Assembly: GCF_006345805.1 (NCBI RefSeq)
Contig: NC_042999.1
Location: forward strand, 107,818,001-107,882,000
Length of the DNA stretch: 64,000 nucleotides
Direction of reading: 5' to 3'
DNA from: Octopus sinensis
Lineage: Eukaryota
Shown here: positions 9,967 to 23,859 of the stretch, one piece after another
Position numbering within the stretch: the first letter of the stretch is position 1
How the letters are laid out: each line of letters opens with the position of its first letter
Notes under the pieces: generated by a model
Databases searched by the model: none
Told to the model about the DNA's origin: nothing
The model's input: the letters and a program-made list of their open reading frames with translations, nothing else
Translations under genes and position numbers: made by a program

Positions 9967-11979
9967 CTAATAAAAAGTTAACGTAATGCAGTTTTGAACC
10001 AAATATTTGGCAAGCTTGGATTTTCTGGGTTTTCTCCTTTTTTTTTTTGGAGATAGCCTAAATATATACTTCTAAAATAAACTATGGAAAGTAAAGAACT
10101 AAATTATATTTAACAGATTCAGATTCATACATGAAAGCAGAGTCTATTTGATATCAATTAATCCACTTAAAATTCTTAAAATATATCACATCCTGCACAG
10201 TGTATACAGTGTTATGTTTATAGGATGAAAACTAAACATAATAAAGTGAACTTGATTTTATTTAACAAATACGGGTACAAATTCTAAAGTAGTGCATTTA
10301 ATCTTTATCAATCCATTCAAAAAAGCAAAAAAACATAACTATTTTTAACACATCCTATACAAATTAACCGACATCAAAAACAGGGCCTGCTTACTCAATA
10401 CAGGGAACAGCATATTGCATGACATTGCACAGTATTCTTGCATTTCTGGAAATTGCAGATATCTAGAAGCCAAATAAGAGGGACTTATGCTATTGACACT
10501 TTGGTTAACTAAATTAAAAGAAATGCATGTGTGTGTGAGAGAGAGAGAGGCAGACAGAGAGAAAAGCAATAAGCTAGTCTGATAAAAGGTATTTAGAGAA
10601 ATGTTTTTCTTGGGGAAAACAATGTCTGTATATAAAGTTAAGCAATGGGCATTGCAACTTGAAAATGGAGCAGCTTCATGTGTTGCATGTTTTATTTCTT
10701 AGCCATTGTTCAATCTGCTAAACATAACAACCAAAACTTCTTTTAAATGGCATCTTTGCATTGGATAATGCTTGAAAAAATGTTAGAATGACTTTGATCA
10801 TAGCTCTGCTTAGTCAGGGCTGATTTGGTACTTAGTAATGTCCTCTTTCTCTCTTGTATGTCTTATAGAACTCCGAGTAGATTTTAACCATTTACTACTA
10901 TGCTGGCAAATTATACTAGAGAACTTCATAATGTGGGATTAGCTGTTTGTTGATACATTTCCAGCGGGTTGTTGTTCAGCCCCCAAGTCAGTTCTGATTG
11001 AGCAGATATATGATCCAAGACATTGAGGTTGCAATCCTATTATATTCTCAGAATGTATGCACCCAACACTATATTATCTAGCGTCTATATAGAGAGTCCT
11101 TCAAAGGCATTTATATAGGGTGGCGATAAGCCCTTAGTGTAGAGTAAAGACTATTGTGTATCAGCTGTAGTATGGATTCCAAGTTTCAACAAATTTACTT
11201 AAGTAAGCTTATTACTTCTTCCACTTTCTTTAACCCAGCATATTTGTAGCATCTTCCTTTTGTTTCTCAATGGAAATCTAATAAACATTGCATGCAACTA
11301 ATTAATTTTACTCACAAAAAGTAGATGATAATATTCTATATTTAAACATATTTAAGATAGTATTTAAAACACCTAATTAGAACTAATTATGCAGTGAGTA
11401 AAAAAAAAAGTTAGTAATCATTAATATTTGTTTTGATTATTTTGGCAAGTATGCCAAGCAACTCATTGTATATTTCAGTATTATTAGACCTCCTCAGTGA
11501 AATATATATTTTGCTGTAATTGACAAGAAAACTACCAAAATATAACATCCGTTGTAGAGAAGCAAATGTTCAGAGAATAAATTACTCTTAGGCACTTAAA
11601 TTGTAAATTTTAGATGAGTTTTTGTAAAGTAATTTTACATCATTAGCCAACAGTTTGCTATCTCTAGAGAATAAATAAGCACTAACAGGTTTCTCGCTGT
11701 TGCTACACAGTCTAATCATGACCAACAATCATTGTTAATTAAAAGAAAATGAAAAAAATGAGTTTCGGTTTTGTTTCATTATTCCTAGTAAATTTGTAAA
11801 TGAATCTATGTAACCACTTCAAAAAATTAAGTATCGAGACCTTGTGCATGTGGAGGTGGAATCTAATTTATTTTGATGCTAAATTGTAGTGAATGATTCT
11901 AATCAAAGCAGAAAGAATCTGACTGAGTTGAATTTTTGGGAATATTTTTTATTACTTCATCAATTAACATTTGTTTTCC

Positions 11980-12200
11980 CTTGCTGGCATGGATTGTGTG
12001 GTTTGACAGGAGCTGGTGAGCTAGAGCTGTACCAAGCTACATTGTCTGTTTTGATATGGTTTCTATGGCTGGATGCCCTTTTTAATGTCAGTCACTTTAC
12101 AGAGTGTATTGGGTGCTTTTTACATGGTAATCACCAAGTACCTTGCAGACAAAGACCCCAGACTGGGAGGGGGAATAGCATTGAGAGAAGTGGCTTTGTG
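11980..12200 (-). mobile_element. Old RTE-tail non-autonomous element fragment
   Basis: CTGGATGCCCTT / GGGTGCTTTTTACATG motifs shared with the 13128, 31298 and 44614 copies. Confidence 0.5.
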
Positions 12201-13087
12201 CCAGTTGAAAGGGTAAAGTATAATAGATAAAATGGGTGTCTTGCTATAGAGGAGGTACTTGGCTATTCTAGTTTAAAAAGAGAGAAATAAAGTTAATGAG
12301 AAAGATAGGCAGAGAGAGAGAAAGAGAATGATGGAGATGTGCTGGGACATAACTATGAGGTACAATGGGGATGAGTAAAAGTTGTACAGAGGATTAGGAG
12401 GTAATAATAATTTTAAGTGTTGTTAAACCCAAATTTTTATTTATATCTAATTAGTAATTTTGAATGTTTAATAATCCATCAATTTCTGAAAAGAATCATT
12501 TGGTTTTATATAGTCCCTTTTATGACAAAAAAAAAAAAAGAAAAATAAGAAATTTCTTTGTTTCCCAGTTCTGGATTTAGTTACATATAATCTCCAAAAG
12601 AATGAAGTAATGCATGGGGTAAAGATATAAATTGGACATTTTACATTAACTTGTTCGGTACCCCATGACTTGCATTCGGTACCCCATGACATGCATTCAT
12701 ATATTGTTGCATTGATTTTTATTGCATTCATATTGATAAAATTACAACTGATAGTAGAGTCAAGGAGTTGTCTCTTAACCAGAAAAGAAAACCATTGAAC
12801 TGAGGCTTGCTTATTGTGTTATATATATTTTAGTTTTTATTCTATTGAATAATTCACTATTTGAAGCTGCCATTATGATAAAGTTGTGCAATAAACTTTC
12901 ATAAATTTTTGCATGCACTTCCATTATGAAACAACAGAATCCACCTTTTGATAAGAATGGAAAGGTAGCTGGTAAAATGGGATGTATCCTTGGGTAAAGC
13001 AACTGAGTTGTAAATGCTGAGACATTAGAGCTATATATATGTAATGTAAAGTGTTGGATAGTCTTTTTCTGTTCCATGTATCCATTT

Positions 13088-13127
<40 letters not shown>

Positions 13128-13129
<2 letters not shown>

Positions 13130-13460
13130 TCATTTAACGTCCATTGTCCAGGCTAGCACGGGTTGAACAGTTTGACCAGGGCTGGCAAGATGGAAGGCTG
13201 CATCAAACTCCAGTCTGATCTGGCATGGTTTCTATGGTTGGATGACCTTTCTAATGCCAACCACTCTGAGAGTGTAACAGGTACTTTTATGTGCCACTGA
13301 CATGGGTGCCATTTGCATGCCACTGGTATCTGCCACAACTGTGATTTTACTTGACTTGATGGATCTTCTTCTCAAGTACTATATAATGCCAAAGGTCTCA
13401 GTCATTGCTTCCAAGTGGCCCAACACTTGAAAGGAACTCAGCTACTTTGCCTCTGTGAGG
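13128..13460 (-). mobile_element. RTE-tail non-autonomous element / SINE
   Basis: + strand CATCATTTAACGTCC...GGATGACCTTTCTAATGCCAACC is an RTE-type 3' tail ending in (GAT)n on the minus strand. Confidence 0.65.
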
Positions 13461-13559
13461 CCCAAGGCAGAAAGATGCAGTTAGAAGAGGAGTTGTAGTT
13501 CGGTTTCTAAGGGTAGAGTGGGTGAAAAGTGTGTTGTTACATGTGGGTAGGACACAACT

Positions 13560-14165
13560 CTTCTAGCACTCAGTTTCATGAACAGTTCTTCTCTAGAACT
13601 TCATATCGCCAAACACCTTGCTCCATTGTCATTTCCTCTGTGAGCCCCAACATCCTAAGATCAGTCTTCACCACTTCATTCTAATGTCTTCCTGGGTCTC
13701 CTCTTCTACAGGTACCACCCACTTTCAGTGTCAGGCACTTCTGTATACAGCTGTCTTCATTCATATGCATCACATGTCAAAACTAACACAGCCTTCTCTC
13801 CTGCATACCACATTTAATCCCTCTTATGCATAACTATTCTCTCAACACAATTGTGCTTTGTTTGTCGTGCACACTGTTGTTGTGAGTCCAACAGAGCATA
13901 CTGTCATTCCTCTCTACACGTCTTCTGCAGTCAGAGCCCATGTCTCACCACTATGTAACATACCCGTTCTCATACAGGCATCATACAATCTACCTTTCAC
14001 TCTCAGAGAGAGAGTTCTTTTGCTGCCAATAAATGTAGTAATTCCCTGAATTTCCTCCATCCTATTCTAGAAACAATACTTTCAGAGCATCCATCACTGT
14101 TTAATTTGGTAGCCTAAATAGCAGAAACTGTCTACTACCCCAAATGAGCCTCCTGGGCATTTGAT
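13560..14165 (-). mobile_element. RTE-clade LINE ORF2 3' fragment, degenerate
   Basis: Minus-strand translation includes [43 protein letters not shown] and EVVKTDLRMLGL. Confidence 0.8.
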
Positions 14166-14183
14166 ATATAGATAGATACATAT

Positions 14184-14239
<56 letters not shown>

Positions 14240-14581
14240 GTATATAAATACAGATGCATATATATGTATATATTGGATGATAAAACGAATGGTTTTCACC
14301 TGGTAGCTTACTAGTAAAGCACGGTTAATTTCACAGTGATTGTTATACATATGTGTGTGTGTGTGTATAGATAGATAGTTAAAAGATATTTTAATAATTA
14401 TAGAATTAAAGCTTTGGATATTGAGTAAAATAAGATTCACAAATATGATGTTTTATTGTATATAAAATTCCACCTGATTTTCCTAACATTTTTGCCTAAA
14501 AAATATTAACCATTCATCATTGAGAATTGTACAAGTATAATTGGGTAAAATTAAAGCAATTATTACCAGTTGTTTACAACT

Positions 14582-14790
14582 TTAACCCTTTATAGCATTC
14601 AGATTGCTCTGTCAAATGTAATGCATATTTATTCACGTTGTTTAGAATTAACCATGCATTATCTCATAGCTTTGAGATTTTGATGATCTGATTGTTTGTC
14701 TTTTGAATGATGTTGTAGAGTAAGTGTGAGAGGCCAGATCTGGCCAGCTTTATTATATGACAATATTTGAACAAGATATGTTAAAGGGTT
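14582..14790. mobile_element. piggyBac-like MITE
   Basis: TTAACCCTT...AAAGGGTT ends; same family as the 44212-44408 copy in the opposite orientation. Confidence 0.6.
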
Positions 14791-15837
14791 CGAATACCAA
14801 CTACATCATTCCACTTTCTAAACTTCTTATATCAGTCATTATGTTGTCTATTTGTTCAAGGTAGATACATTTGTTTTCTTTTAATTTAGCTCAGTTGTAA
14901 AAACAGCTTCCACTCCTATTTCATAGTTGAGTGGTTAGTTGGCATTCAACTACAAAACAATAGCTTCATTCAGAAAAAATATTAAATGACACCAAAACAA
15001 AGCATTCTACTCATGGGAATGCAGAAATGGAGGACAAGGATTCAATAACATCCCTGACTTGTCATAATGTATTGGACTGCTTCCTTAACTGTGTTTAAAT
15101 ATTTTTTTTCTATTTCAATTTTATAATGCATTCCCTAAATCAATTTAAAAATTTTTTCAAATTTGAAATCTTCAAAAACTCATTATCTTTTAGGCTGTGG
15201 CAGTCCTACTCTTTTTTATCACGATCTACAGACAAGGCTTGCTCTCCCTTTCTCCTCTCTTCTCTCTCATCCCCCCCTCCTCTTTCCCCTCTCTACTTTT
15301 TTTTCCCTCTTGCCCCTCTCTTATTTCTGGTGTCATCTATTTTAATTCCTCTGGGGGACTTTTGTCAGGCATTTTATGTTCCGAAAATAACTAGCCAATT
15401 AAAGTGTGTTGGTGGCCCACCCTGAATTTGCTGAAGTTTGCCTCATTTGCATTCCTGTTCTAAACTTAATTTCACCCACATTATCACTCTTTACTCTCTA
15501 TCTTTGTCATGTGTACATTTTACTGGAAAATTTATCTGCTTTGTCTATATATAACCTTTATTCAAACATTATCCTCCTCTACACTAGTTTTTTCTAAAAA
15601 AATCATTTTGTTAGTCTTTTATCCTCCTCTCCATATATTTTTACTTTCTATCTCCCTCTATTTGTTTTTCTAGCAGCTATCTCACAATGCCTGCACTTCT
15701 GTTAGCCTTTCAGACACCTGCACTCAACTATCAAACACTCCAGCTAAAGAGCAATATATGGCTTGTACAACTTCCCTAAAGATAACCCATCTTGGTAGCT
15801 CTTGCTGCCACACACTTCAAACAAGTATTTTTTATCT

Positions 15838-16075
15838 CTTACTTGTTTCAGCTGGGGCAGAATTGATGAATTGTTAGTCAAATGAATCAACCTCAGTACT
15901 TTTTTTTAAAGTCTGGTATTTATTCTATCAGTCTCTTTTGTTGAACCACTAAGTTACAAGAATGTAAACACACCAACACCAGTTGCCAAGCAGTGATGGG
16001 GGACAAAAGGACACACACACACACATGCACATGATTGGGCTTCTACCAAATCCAGTCACAAGGCTTTGGTAGTAC
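15838..16075 (-). mobile_element. CORE-like tRNA SINE (Octopus OR/OK-type), degenerate
   Basis: ACTTGTTTCAG..CACCAACACCAGTTGCCAAGCAG..CAAGGCTTTGGT motifs of the family. Confidence 0.55.
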
Positions 16076-16834
16076 AAGAACAGAGGGGAATTTGGACCTT
16101 TACTGGAACTTCTCTAGTGCTGGTACAAGAATAAAACACTAAAATATTTTTTTTTATTTTGGGAGCTGATGGTAGTCATAATTACCTTAATGAGAACATC
16201 ACAAATACTACCTCACAGACTCGTTTCTTCTATCTGAGACTTTGACTGCTACTGCAACTTCTGCCTCTCTGAACAAGCAATTTGCAGCAGCCACCACCTT
16301 CACTCTCATTTCCTTTGCTTCATCTCTATCTTTACATTATCCATAATCCTTATTAAACAAATTTTCTCAACCATTCCTTTCAAGAGTAGCAGCAAATACC
16401 TGGCATTCGTTTTTTTGCCCATGTTCTTTCAGCAGATATTGATCCACAGGTGTTCAGCCACTTCTGTCTAGTGATTAATGATTTGTAAAGGGCATGGGTG
16501 CTGTACTTACTCCTCTGTTCAACTAATAATGACAAATTTCTAAAAATTTTACATCGACTTCAAAACAGGGGTTTCTTTGAAGAAGCCAAAACCCTTGGTG
16601 GCTTTTAAGCTAGCTCCTGTGGAGGGCTCTTCATTGGGCCTTGGGCCCAACAATGACACTTCATGCATTGGGTACATATTAAATTTTATTAAACTTCATC
16701 AGTATTCTTCAAGCAATGAACAATTTTCTTTAAAACAAGGATATAATTTGTCAACTTGGAACTTAGTGCAAAGCTGCATGATAAACAACATTTTTTGTCT
16801 TCCCATTTGGGGGGTCAGTGCAATTTTTTTCTAT

Positions 16835-16838
16835 CTAG

Positions 16839-16872
<34 letters not shown>

Positions 16873-17190
16873 GATCGTTTTCAGCCATCACCAGTACCAC
16901 CACCATTGCCACCACAACTGCCATACACACACCATTCAGACTTCTGATGCCACCACCATCATTACCTTTGACTTCACTGTCTTCCCCTCCACCACCATCA
17001 CCACTGTCTTTCACATTGCTTACTGTCACCATCATCTCTGACCACCTTGGCTACCACCACCAGCATCACCATTGCCTCTGCCTCTATCAGTTTCAGCTCA
17101 TACTATTACTATCACCCTCTTACCATCACAACCGTCAATCTACTACCACCCCCACCGTCTCTATGCCTTCTATTACTCTCACTCCAACAT
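16835..17190. repeat. (CT)n plus (CAC/CAT)n low-complexity tract
   Basis: Direct inspection; explains the His/Thr-rich ORFs. Confidence 0.8.
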
Positions 17191-17999
17191 GAGGAATAGT
17201 AGAAGTGTCACTGAATAGTAAGAGAGGGGGGTCAAAGTGTGACACTGACACACAAATTCATTTTGGTATTTATTATTACAGATGATGATGAGGAAAATGG
17301 CATGTTTTTGTGATCCAGTTTTTCATAAAAGTTTAGTGTAAGTAAAGTGAAATGGTTTCCATCAACAATAGAAACAGACTGTAGTCTCTGCTCTGTTGAA
17401 CATTACTTTATGGTATTTGTACTTAATAAACAATTATTGCTTCTTATTAGGAAGATCTGAAACCTCTTTGTTTAACATGGGTTTATATCTGATATTTTAA
17501 TGCTGTGTATCGTATCAAGCCTGCAGGACTGAATGCAAAAACCAATATGTTCTGGCAAGAATTTTATCAGAAAATAGGGAGGCAATTATTTAAGACAGTT
17601 TAATCTGCTGTTTTACTATCTCTATAGTCCTCATTACAAACATACATACTTGCATGCCTGTCAGTCAAAAGGATTCAGAAAGCCTTAAGTTTTTAAACTA
17701 AAGTGTTAAAATGTACAAAAATGTGGGAAATATATTAAACTCTGGTGACTTTCTGAGATAAGGAGTTGGATGTGTGAATGTGTGTAGTTTGATTTGTAAA
17801 ATCATGACTATTGGGATCTGTTTAAACTTGTTTATTTTTTTTCACTAATGTTTTCTGATTTTACTTTCTGTTTATGAGTGTAGAAAATTAAATCAATAAG
17901 TGTGTGTGTTAAATTCAATTCATATTTGATTTTTCTTGAATAATTACAGAAAATGAAATTTCTTCAGCTGTGACAGCCTATGATTTTTATGTATATAAA

Positions 18000-18370
18000 T
18001 CATCTTGTTTCAGTTATTAGACTGTAGCCATGCTGAGTTACCACCTTGAAGAATTTTAGTAAAACAAATTGACCCTAGTATTTATTTATTTTTTTAAACT
18101 TGGTACTTTATCAGTTTCTTTTGCTGAATCTCTACATTACAGGGATATAGGCACACAAACACCAATCATTAAGCAGTGGTGGGGAACAAAACACAGATAC
18201 AAAGACATATATATGCATATATATGATGTGTTTCTTTCAGTTTCTGTCTACCAAATCTAATCACTAAGCTGGTCCAAGTAGATGATACTTGCCTGAGGTG
18301 CCACACAGTAGGACTGAACCTGGAACCATGTAGTTGGGAAGCAAACTTCTTATCACATAGCCACGCCTGC
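18000..18370 (-). mobile_element. CORE-like tRNA SINE
   Basis: CTTGTTTCAG..TAGCCATGCTG..TGCCTGAGGTGCCACACAGTAGGACTGAACC..CACATAGCCACGCCTGC. Confidence 0.75.
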
Positions 18371-19162
18371 ACTTATGTGTGTGTGTGTGTGTGTGTGTGT
18401 AGTTAACCATTGATTTAACAAATTAATGGAAGGAAATATCTATCTGTAAGTGTTGGAAACCTGTTAAATTGAAGTTAAGCAGGATGTGTGTTAATTCAGA
18501 AAGTCCATTAGATTGCAGGCAACCTAGGGGTCATGGTGTATTGTTTTTAATGTAAAAAAGCTTGAAATATAAACTCATGCACAATATAAGATTGGTAAAA
18601 TAAAGAATATGTGATTTTATTTACCTTTTATAACATTGATGTGTACTACCATAATGGTAGTACACTAATCTTCTCAGTGTCTGGGAGTGAAGGGGAATCT
18701 ATCACATGCAAACTTATCTGAAATGTGCACAAAATGTGAGCTCTTGTGTTCTCTGCGCACATGTATGTCGCTATGAGGTACTGGCTGTTGGAGGTGAAAT
18801 ATAAGTGGGAATTGAGGAATTAGCTTAACCTTTTCTCACTAAATACACTGTCTTTATTTCAATTAATTCTGACAAGAATTTAGTAAAAAAGAATTTATTT
18901 ATTATTAAACTGGTGTCTGGAATATAAATTAACATGGAATTAACATGAAATGTTTAAGGAAAATATCTTCAGTTCTTTACTATTCCAATATTGTTTCTTA
19001 ATTTTGACTGTTCTGAATTGGTGGAAATACACAAAATAAGGGACAGCCCTTGACATTTCGCACTTTTGCTTGTCACTACAATAACATTGATGTGATGTTT
19101 ATCTATGTTGATTACATATTCTGTTTGTACTTCACTATTGAAGACTAGTAGAATAAAGCGCA

Positions 19163-19432
19163 GACCGGGCTGTGAATCGTCTTCTTGAGCAAGACACTTT
19201 ATTTCATGTTGCTCCAGTTCACTCAGCTGTTGAAATGAGTTGCAACGTTACTGGTGCCAAGCTACATAGGCCTTTGCCTTTCCCTTGGATAATGTCAGTG
19301 GTATGGAGAGGGGAGACTGGTATGCATAAGGAACTGCTTGTCTTCCATAAACAACCTTGCCCGCATTTGTTCCTCAGAGGAGAACTTTCTAGGTGCAAAT
19401 CCATGGTAATTCATGACTGAAGGGGGTCTTTA
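19163..19432 (+). mobile_element. 5'-truncated tRNA SINE (V/CORE-like domain family)
   Basis: TTCTTGAGCAAGACACTTTATTTCATGTTGCTCCAG...CATGACTGAAGGGGGTCTTT; matches the 32271 and 34789 copies. Confidence 0.8.
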
Positions 19433-20509
19433 TGTTTTGCAGAATAAAGAATTTTTTTTCTTGAAAATCAGGTGAATATTGGTGATAGGAAGAGCATCTA
19501 ATTTTGAAATGCTGCATTCAAATAGGTCTCCATTTAACACAAAAAAAAAGAAACAAAAATTGACATAAAATGAACAAATGAGCAAACAGACAAACTCAAA
19601 CTTTGTGGTGGTTAGTGGGAATTACATAAATGTTTATACAGTTTCATACTAACATTTTGTTTCTGGTGATGAATAAATCAACAACACTATTGTAATTATC
19701 ACAAGAATATTTTCTCAGCGTTGTTGCTGTGAAGGATACTGGAGGAAAACAATTTAGAAGTTGAAGATATAAAAAATAATGAGATAAAATTTGAAAGAAA
19801 AAAAAAACCCCACTGAAAATGAAATAATGGAATCACTTTCTTTGTTTAGTGCAATATCATTACTGAAATGCATAGTTTGTTGAAGATTTACTTAGGGAGA
19901 TGTTTTCTCTATTCTGTTGGTTTGTAAACAAGAATTGTCTATTGTTTTACTTGTAAAAGTGAAAAAGACCCATGGAGTAACTTGTAAACTGTGATAGCTA
20001 CAATTTTATTACTTGGAGCGTTTTACAGCACAAATTAGCACAACTCAACGCAACAAACTCCACATAGATGTAATTTCTATTGGTAGCCAACAACCATTTA
20101 TGAACCAATAGATTTCTTTGCTAGATTTATTTCATTGCTGTTTGCAGGAGTATTTTCTTTTTTTTTTTAGCCCATTTATGGAGAAGCAACAATATTCCTA
20201 TTCAGTTTTTGGAATAATTACATATAAACATATTTTTTTTTGTTTCTTTACCATTTTTCTTTTTTATTTATTTGTGGTGGCTGTGAGAACTAGTTTCTCT
20301 CTCTCTCTCTTTCTCTCGCTCTATAATATCTGTTTTGTGTCATACACACAAACACACACAGACATGCACATGTGTGTGTGTATATGTAGGTGTGTATGTA
20401 TGTGTATTTATATATTTATATAATATATATGCATACTCACCTACAGATGTGTGTGTGTATATGTAGATATATGCATGTATGTAAATGTGTATGTATATGT
20501 AGGTGTGTG

Positions 20510-20540
<31 letters not shown>

Positions 20541-21639
20541 ATGTTTGTATTTGATACATGTGTTTACTCTGAAAAATTATATACTGCTGCTCTCCAGGCA
20601 TGTAAATAATTGGTATCATCACCCTCAGCTGACTGAGGAACAATGAACAGCCACAGAATATGTGTGAATATTTTTTTTGTTCATCCTTAGGCTCAGTATT
20701 CCTCCCCACTACCCATACTCTATTCTTACAATGTAGATGAGTTTAGCTTTTTCTTAGGTTAGTAATAATCTAGTTTTATCTATGAAAACCAAATGAAATT
20801 GCCAGTATTTTTCTGCGACTAATGTCCTTCTTGTATTGACTTATGCTTGCAGACTCTGATACATACATAGTCTTGAATGAAATCTGTTTGATTCCATTTA
20901 CTTGTTGGACTGTTTTTGTGCATTATGTTGTTAATGTGAATTAGAGTCAAGTTAAAATGGCCTAGTGAGGTCATTTACAAGCAGATTTGATTCCTATATA
21001 TATTTTATGTACATCAGTGGAAATCTTGAGGAGTACCATACAAACTTCTGTGTAAAATGAATATGTTCTTGCTTATTTGGGCATTCTTTGGCTATTCTTG
21101 GAATATTATAAATTAAATTGAGGCATGGCTATGTGGTTAAGGAGTTCGTATTGCAACCATGTAGTTCTATGTTTGATCTGGTGTGCGTTACCTTAGGCAA
21201 GTATTTCCTATCATAACCTTGGGTTGACTGATACCTTGTAAGTGGAATTCAGTTGACTGGAACAGTGAGGAAGCTCATCATGTATGTCTTTAGCTAATGT
21301 AAAAGAAAATGGCGCTGTTTGAACAAAGTTGCTTGTGATATTTGTTCTGCAAAGAATTATGTGCACTCCCTTGTCACTCTTTCCAGTAGGAATACAATGA
21401 ATCAGTATTTGTAATTGACGATGCTATCAATTATCAATTGTGGTCTAAAATAAATAAATGAAATTGCATTTTTGCTAGCATAACCTAGGACATGGGCTTG
21501 TAGTGACCTGAATTTGAATATTTTGGTTTGATACTCTTATTGTAGCTATTCTGATGCTCTGATATTGTTTTATATGTTAAAGAAGAGTTGTAAGAATAGG
21601 TACACTGCAGATTCAAAACTGTAATGTCTCTATTTATAT

Positions 21640-21855
21640 TTAACCCTGTTTCCAACCTGTCCGAGACTGTTCTAGATTCTATGACATAAATTTACTGTTT
21701 TAAAATTCTAATCTTCCTTCAAAATTTTATGCTAATTTGTTTCATATCCCAGCTTAATAATGTGAAAGTCATTTTACTAAATACTTCATTATTTTAAAAA
21801 TTAATTGAAGCAAAGGCAGCATATATTGACAGAAATATGGTAATAAAAGAGTTAA
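21640..21855. mobile_element. piggyBac-like MITE (second family)
   Basis: TTAA-CCCT...AAAGAG-TTAA; related to 35401-35630. Confidence 0.55.
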
Positions 21856-22459
21856 GAGGTAAAGAGGAAAAATACTTTACTCAAGAATTCTATAATAAAT
21901 TCTGTATTTTTTTATCTCTTATAGAAATGACGTTTTCCTTTATAGTTCTTGCTCACTTTAATGAATATCATATTAATTACCCAACTTCTGAAGTTAACAG
22001 GCTTTATCAAACCCTGATGAATATTTTGAAAATATAAAAGTTTGAGCAGTTGGTCTCTTTCTTGCATTTTTGCGTGGGATATAACATTAAGTAAACATAT
22101 TTTCATACAATAGTTTCAAGTCAAAAAACAAAAGCAACAAAAAAGAAAAGACAAAAAAAAAATATACAGAGCTTTGAATCAAAAGGTGAAAAATCATTAT
22201 TCTATTCAATGAACATGAGTAGTAAGAAAAATAGAATGTACAAAATACCTTCATCTCTCTTTGTAAACTTTTCTTTGCAATCACGAATTTATGATGGTTG
22301 TGACCACGGTATATGTTTACTATTTGAACAAACCAATTAAAATGAATAAGAATTAAAAAGAAAAATCATATTTCTTTAGAGCTATGCATTTAAAATTTAC
22401 TCTGAGTTTTGAATGAAATATTTTTCCTCTAGCCTTTTGTGATCTCAATGTAGACTCAG

Positions 22460-22492
<33 letters not shown>

Positions 22493-22659
22493 ATCCTGTG
22501 GTTCATTGTATAAAACAATAATAGTTATGAAATCCTCAATTAACCTAGAAGCATTTAATAAATAAAGTATAAGGTGGCAACGCAATTTGTATCCTCAGCT
22601 GAAGCTACCTTAATCTACACTCCTAATGTATTTGAGATAGGTATTGAATTTGCCTAATC

Positions 22660-22980
22660 TCATCTTATACTCTAGCCTTGGGTCGCACAAAGTCTTGTGA
22701 GTGGATCTGGTAGACGAAAACTGAAAGAAGCTTGTTATATATATGTGTATGTGTGTCATTGTATCTGTTTGTCTCCCAGAACTGCTTGACAACCGGTGTT
22801 GGTGTGTTTACGTCCTCATAACTTAGCACTTTGGCAAACAAGACTGATAAAATCAGTATCAGGCTAAACAAAATGTAAGTACTGGGGTTAATTCATTCGT
22901 TCATTCAACTAAAAATTCTTCAAGGTGGTGCCAAGCATGGCTGTTGTCTAATGACTGAAACAAGCAAAAAGTAAAAAAGT
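22660..22980 (+). mobile_element. CORE-like tRNA SINE, 5' part decayed
   Basis: CTTGTGAGTGGATCTGGTAGACG..CTTGACAACCGGTGTTGG..AATGACTGAAACAAG. Confidence 0.7.
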
Positions 22981-23071
22981 AATTGAATAATATATAATTT
23001 GCAAAGCTGCTGTCTTAAATTATGATTCTCATTTCATTTCAAAGCAGTTTTATTTTCCAGTGCCAACAAAT

Positions 23072-23340
23072 ATACAATTATTCTATCAGTCTCTTTTGCC
23101 AAACCACTAGGTTATGGGGACATAATCACACTAACATCAGTTGTCAAGCGATGGTGGGGGGACAAATACAGACATGTATGTATGTATACGACAAGCTTCT
23201 TTCAGTTCTCATCTACCGAATCCACTCACAAGGCTTTGGTCAGCCTGAGGCTATAGCAGAAGACACTTGCCCAAGGTGCCATGCAGTGGGACTGAACCTA
23301 GTACCATATGGTTGGGAAGCAAGCTTCTTACCACACAGCT
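23072..23340 (-). mobile_element. CORE-like tRNA SINE, partial
   Basis: TTCTATCAGTCTC..GTTGTCAAGCGATGG..GACACTTGCCCAAGGTGCCATGCAGTGGGACTGAACC. Confidence 0.75.
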
Positions 23341-23859
23341 ATGTCACACATATATATATCTATATGTGTGTGTGTGTGTGTGCATGCATATAAATGCCTG
23401 TGTATTAAATAGCTAAACAAACCCACCCACATATATTACCAAATATGAATATGCATGTGTTTATGCTTGTGTGTGTATATAGTTTTTCATGTCAATGAAT
23501 ATGTGTAGCATTATTTCCATTCACTCACAAAAAAGATAAAAATTAATATGTTATCAATATTTCATATGTAACGTTGTTGCTGGCACACAATTGAACAAGG
23601 AGTATGTTTCCAGCAAATTGAGCCATTGATCTGGTTTCCATCTCCTAATTGAAGCCAATTCACTTTCCATGTATTGTTGTGTCCCACAGTCTTACCATAT
23701 TATGTAAATCAATTTGCTTATAGATACTGCAAATGCAAGGTATGCATGGATACCTCTGTACCACCTCTTCTTTTTCTCAATTAGGGTATATATATATCTT
23801 ACGCAGGACATCTGTTTCTATTCTCATCTCTCTCTCTCTTCTCTCTCTCCTCTCTCTCT

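Noticed and set aside
16200-16700. Coding-like stretches on both strands (e.g. KFLKILHRLQNRGFFEEAK)
   Set aside because: Interrupted by stops, no recognisable motif; possibly an old transposon relic.
17282-17337. Exon-like segment TTACAG|ATGATGATG...AGT|GTAAGT (similar cases at 35272-35309 and 38375-38484)
   Set aside because: Good splice signals, but joining to neighbouring candidates gives stops; cannot be distinguished from cryptic or non-coding exons.
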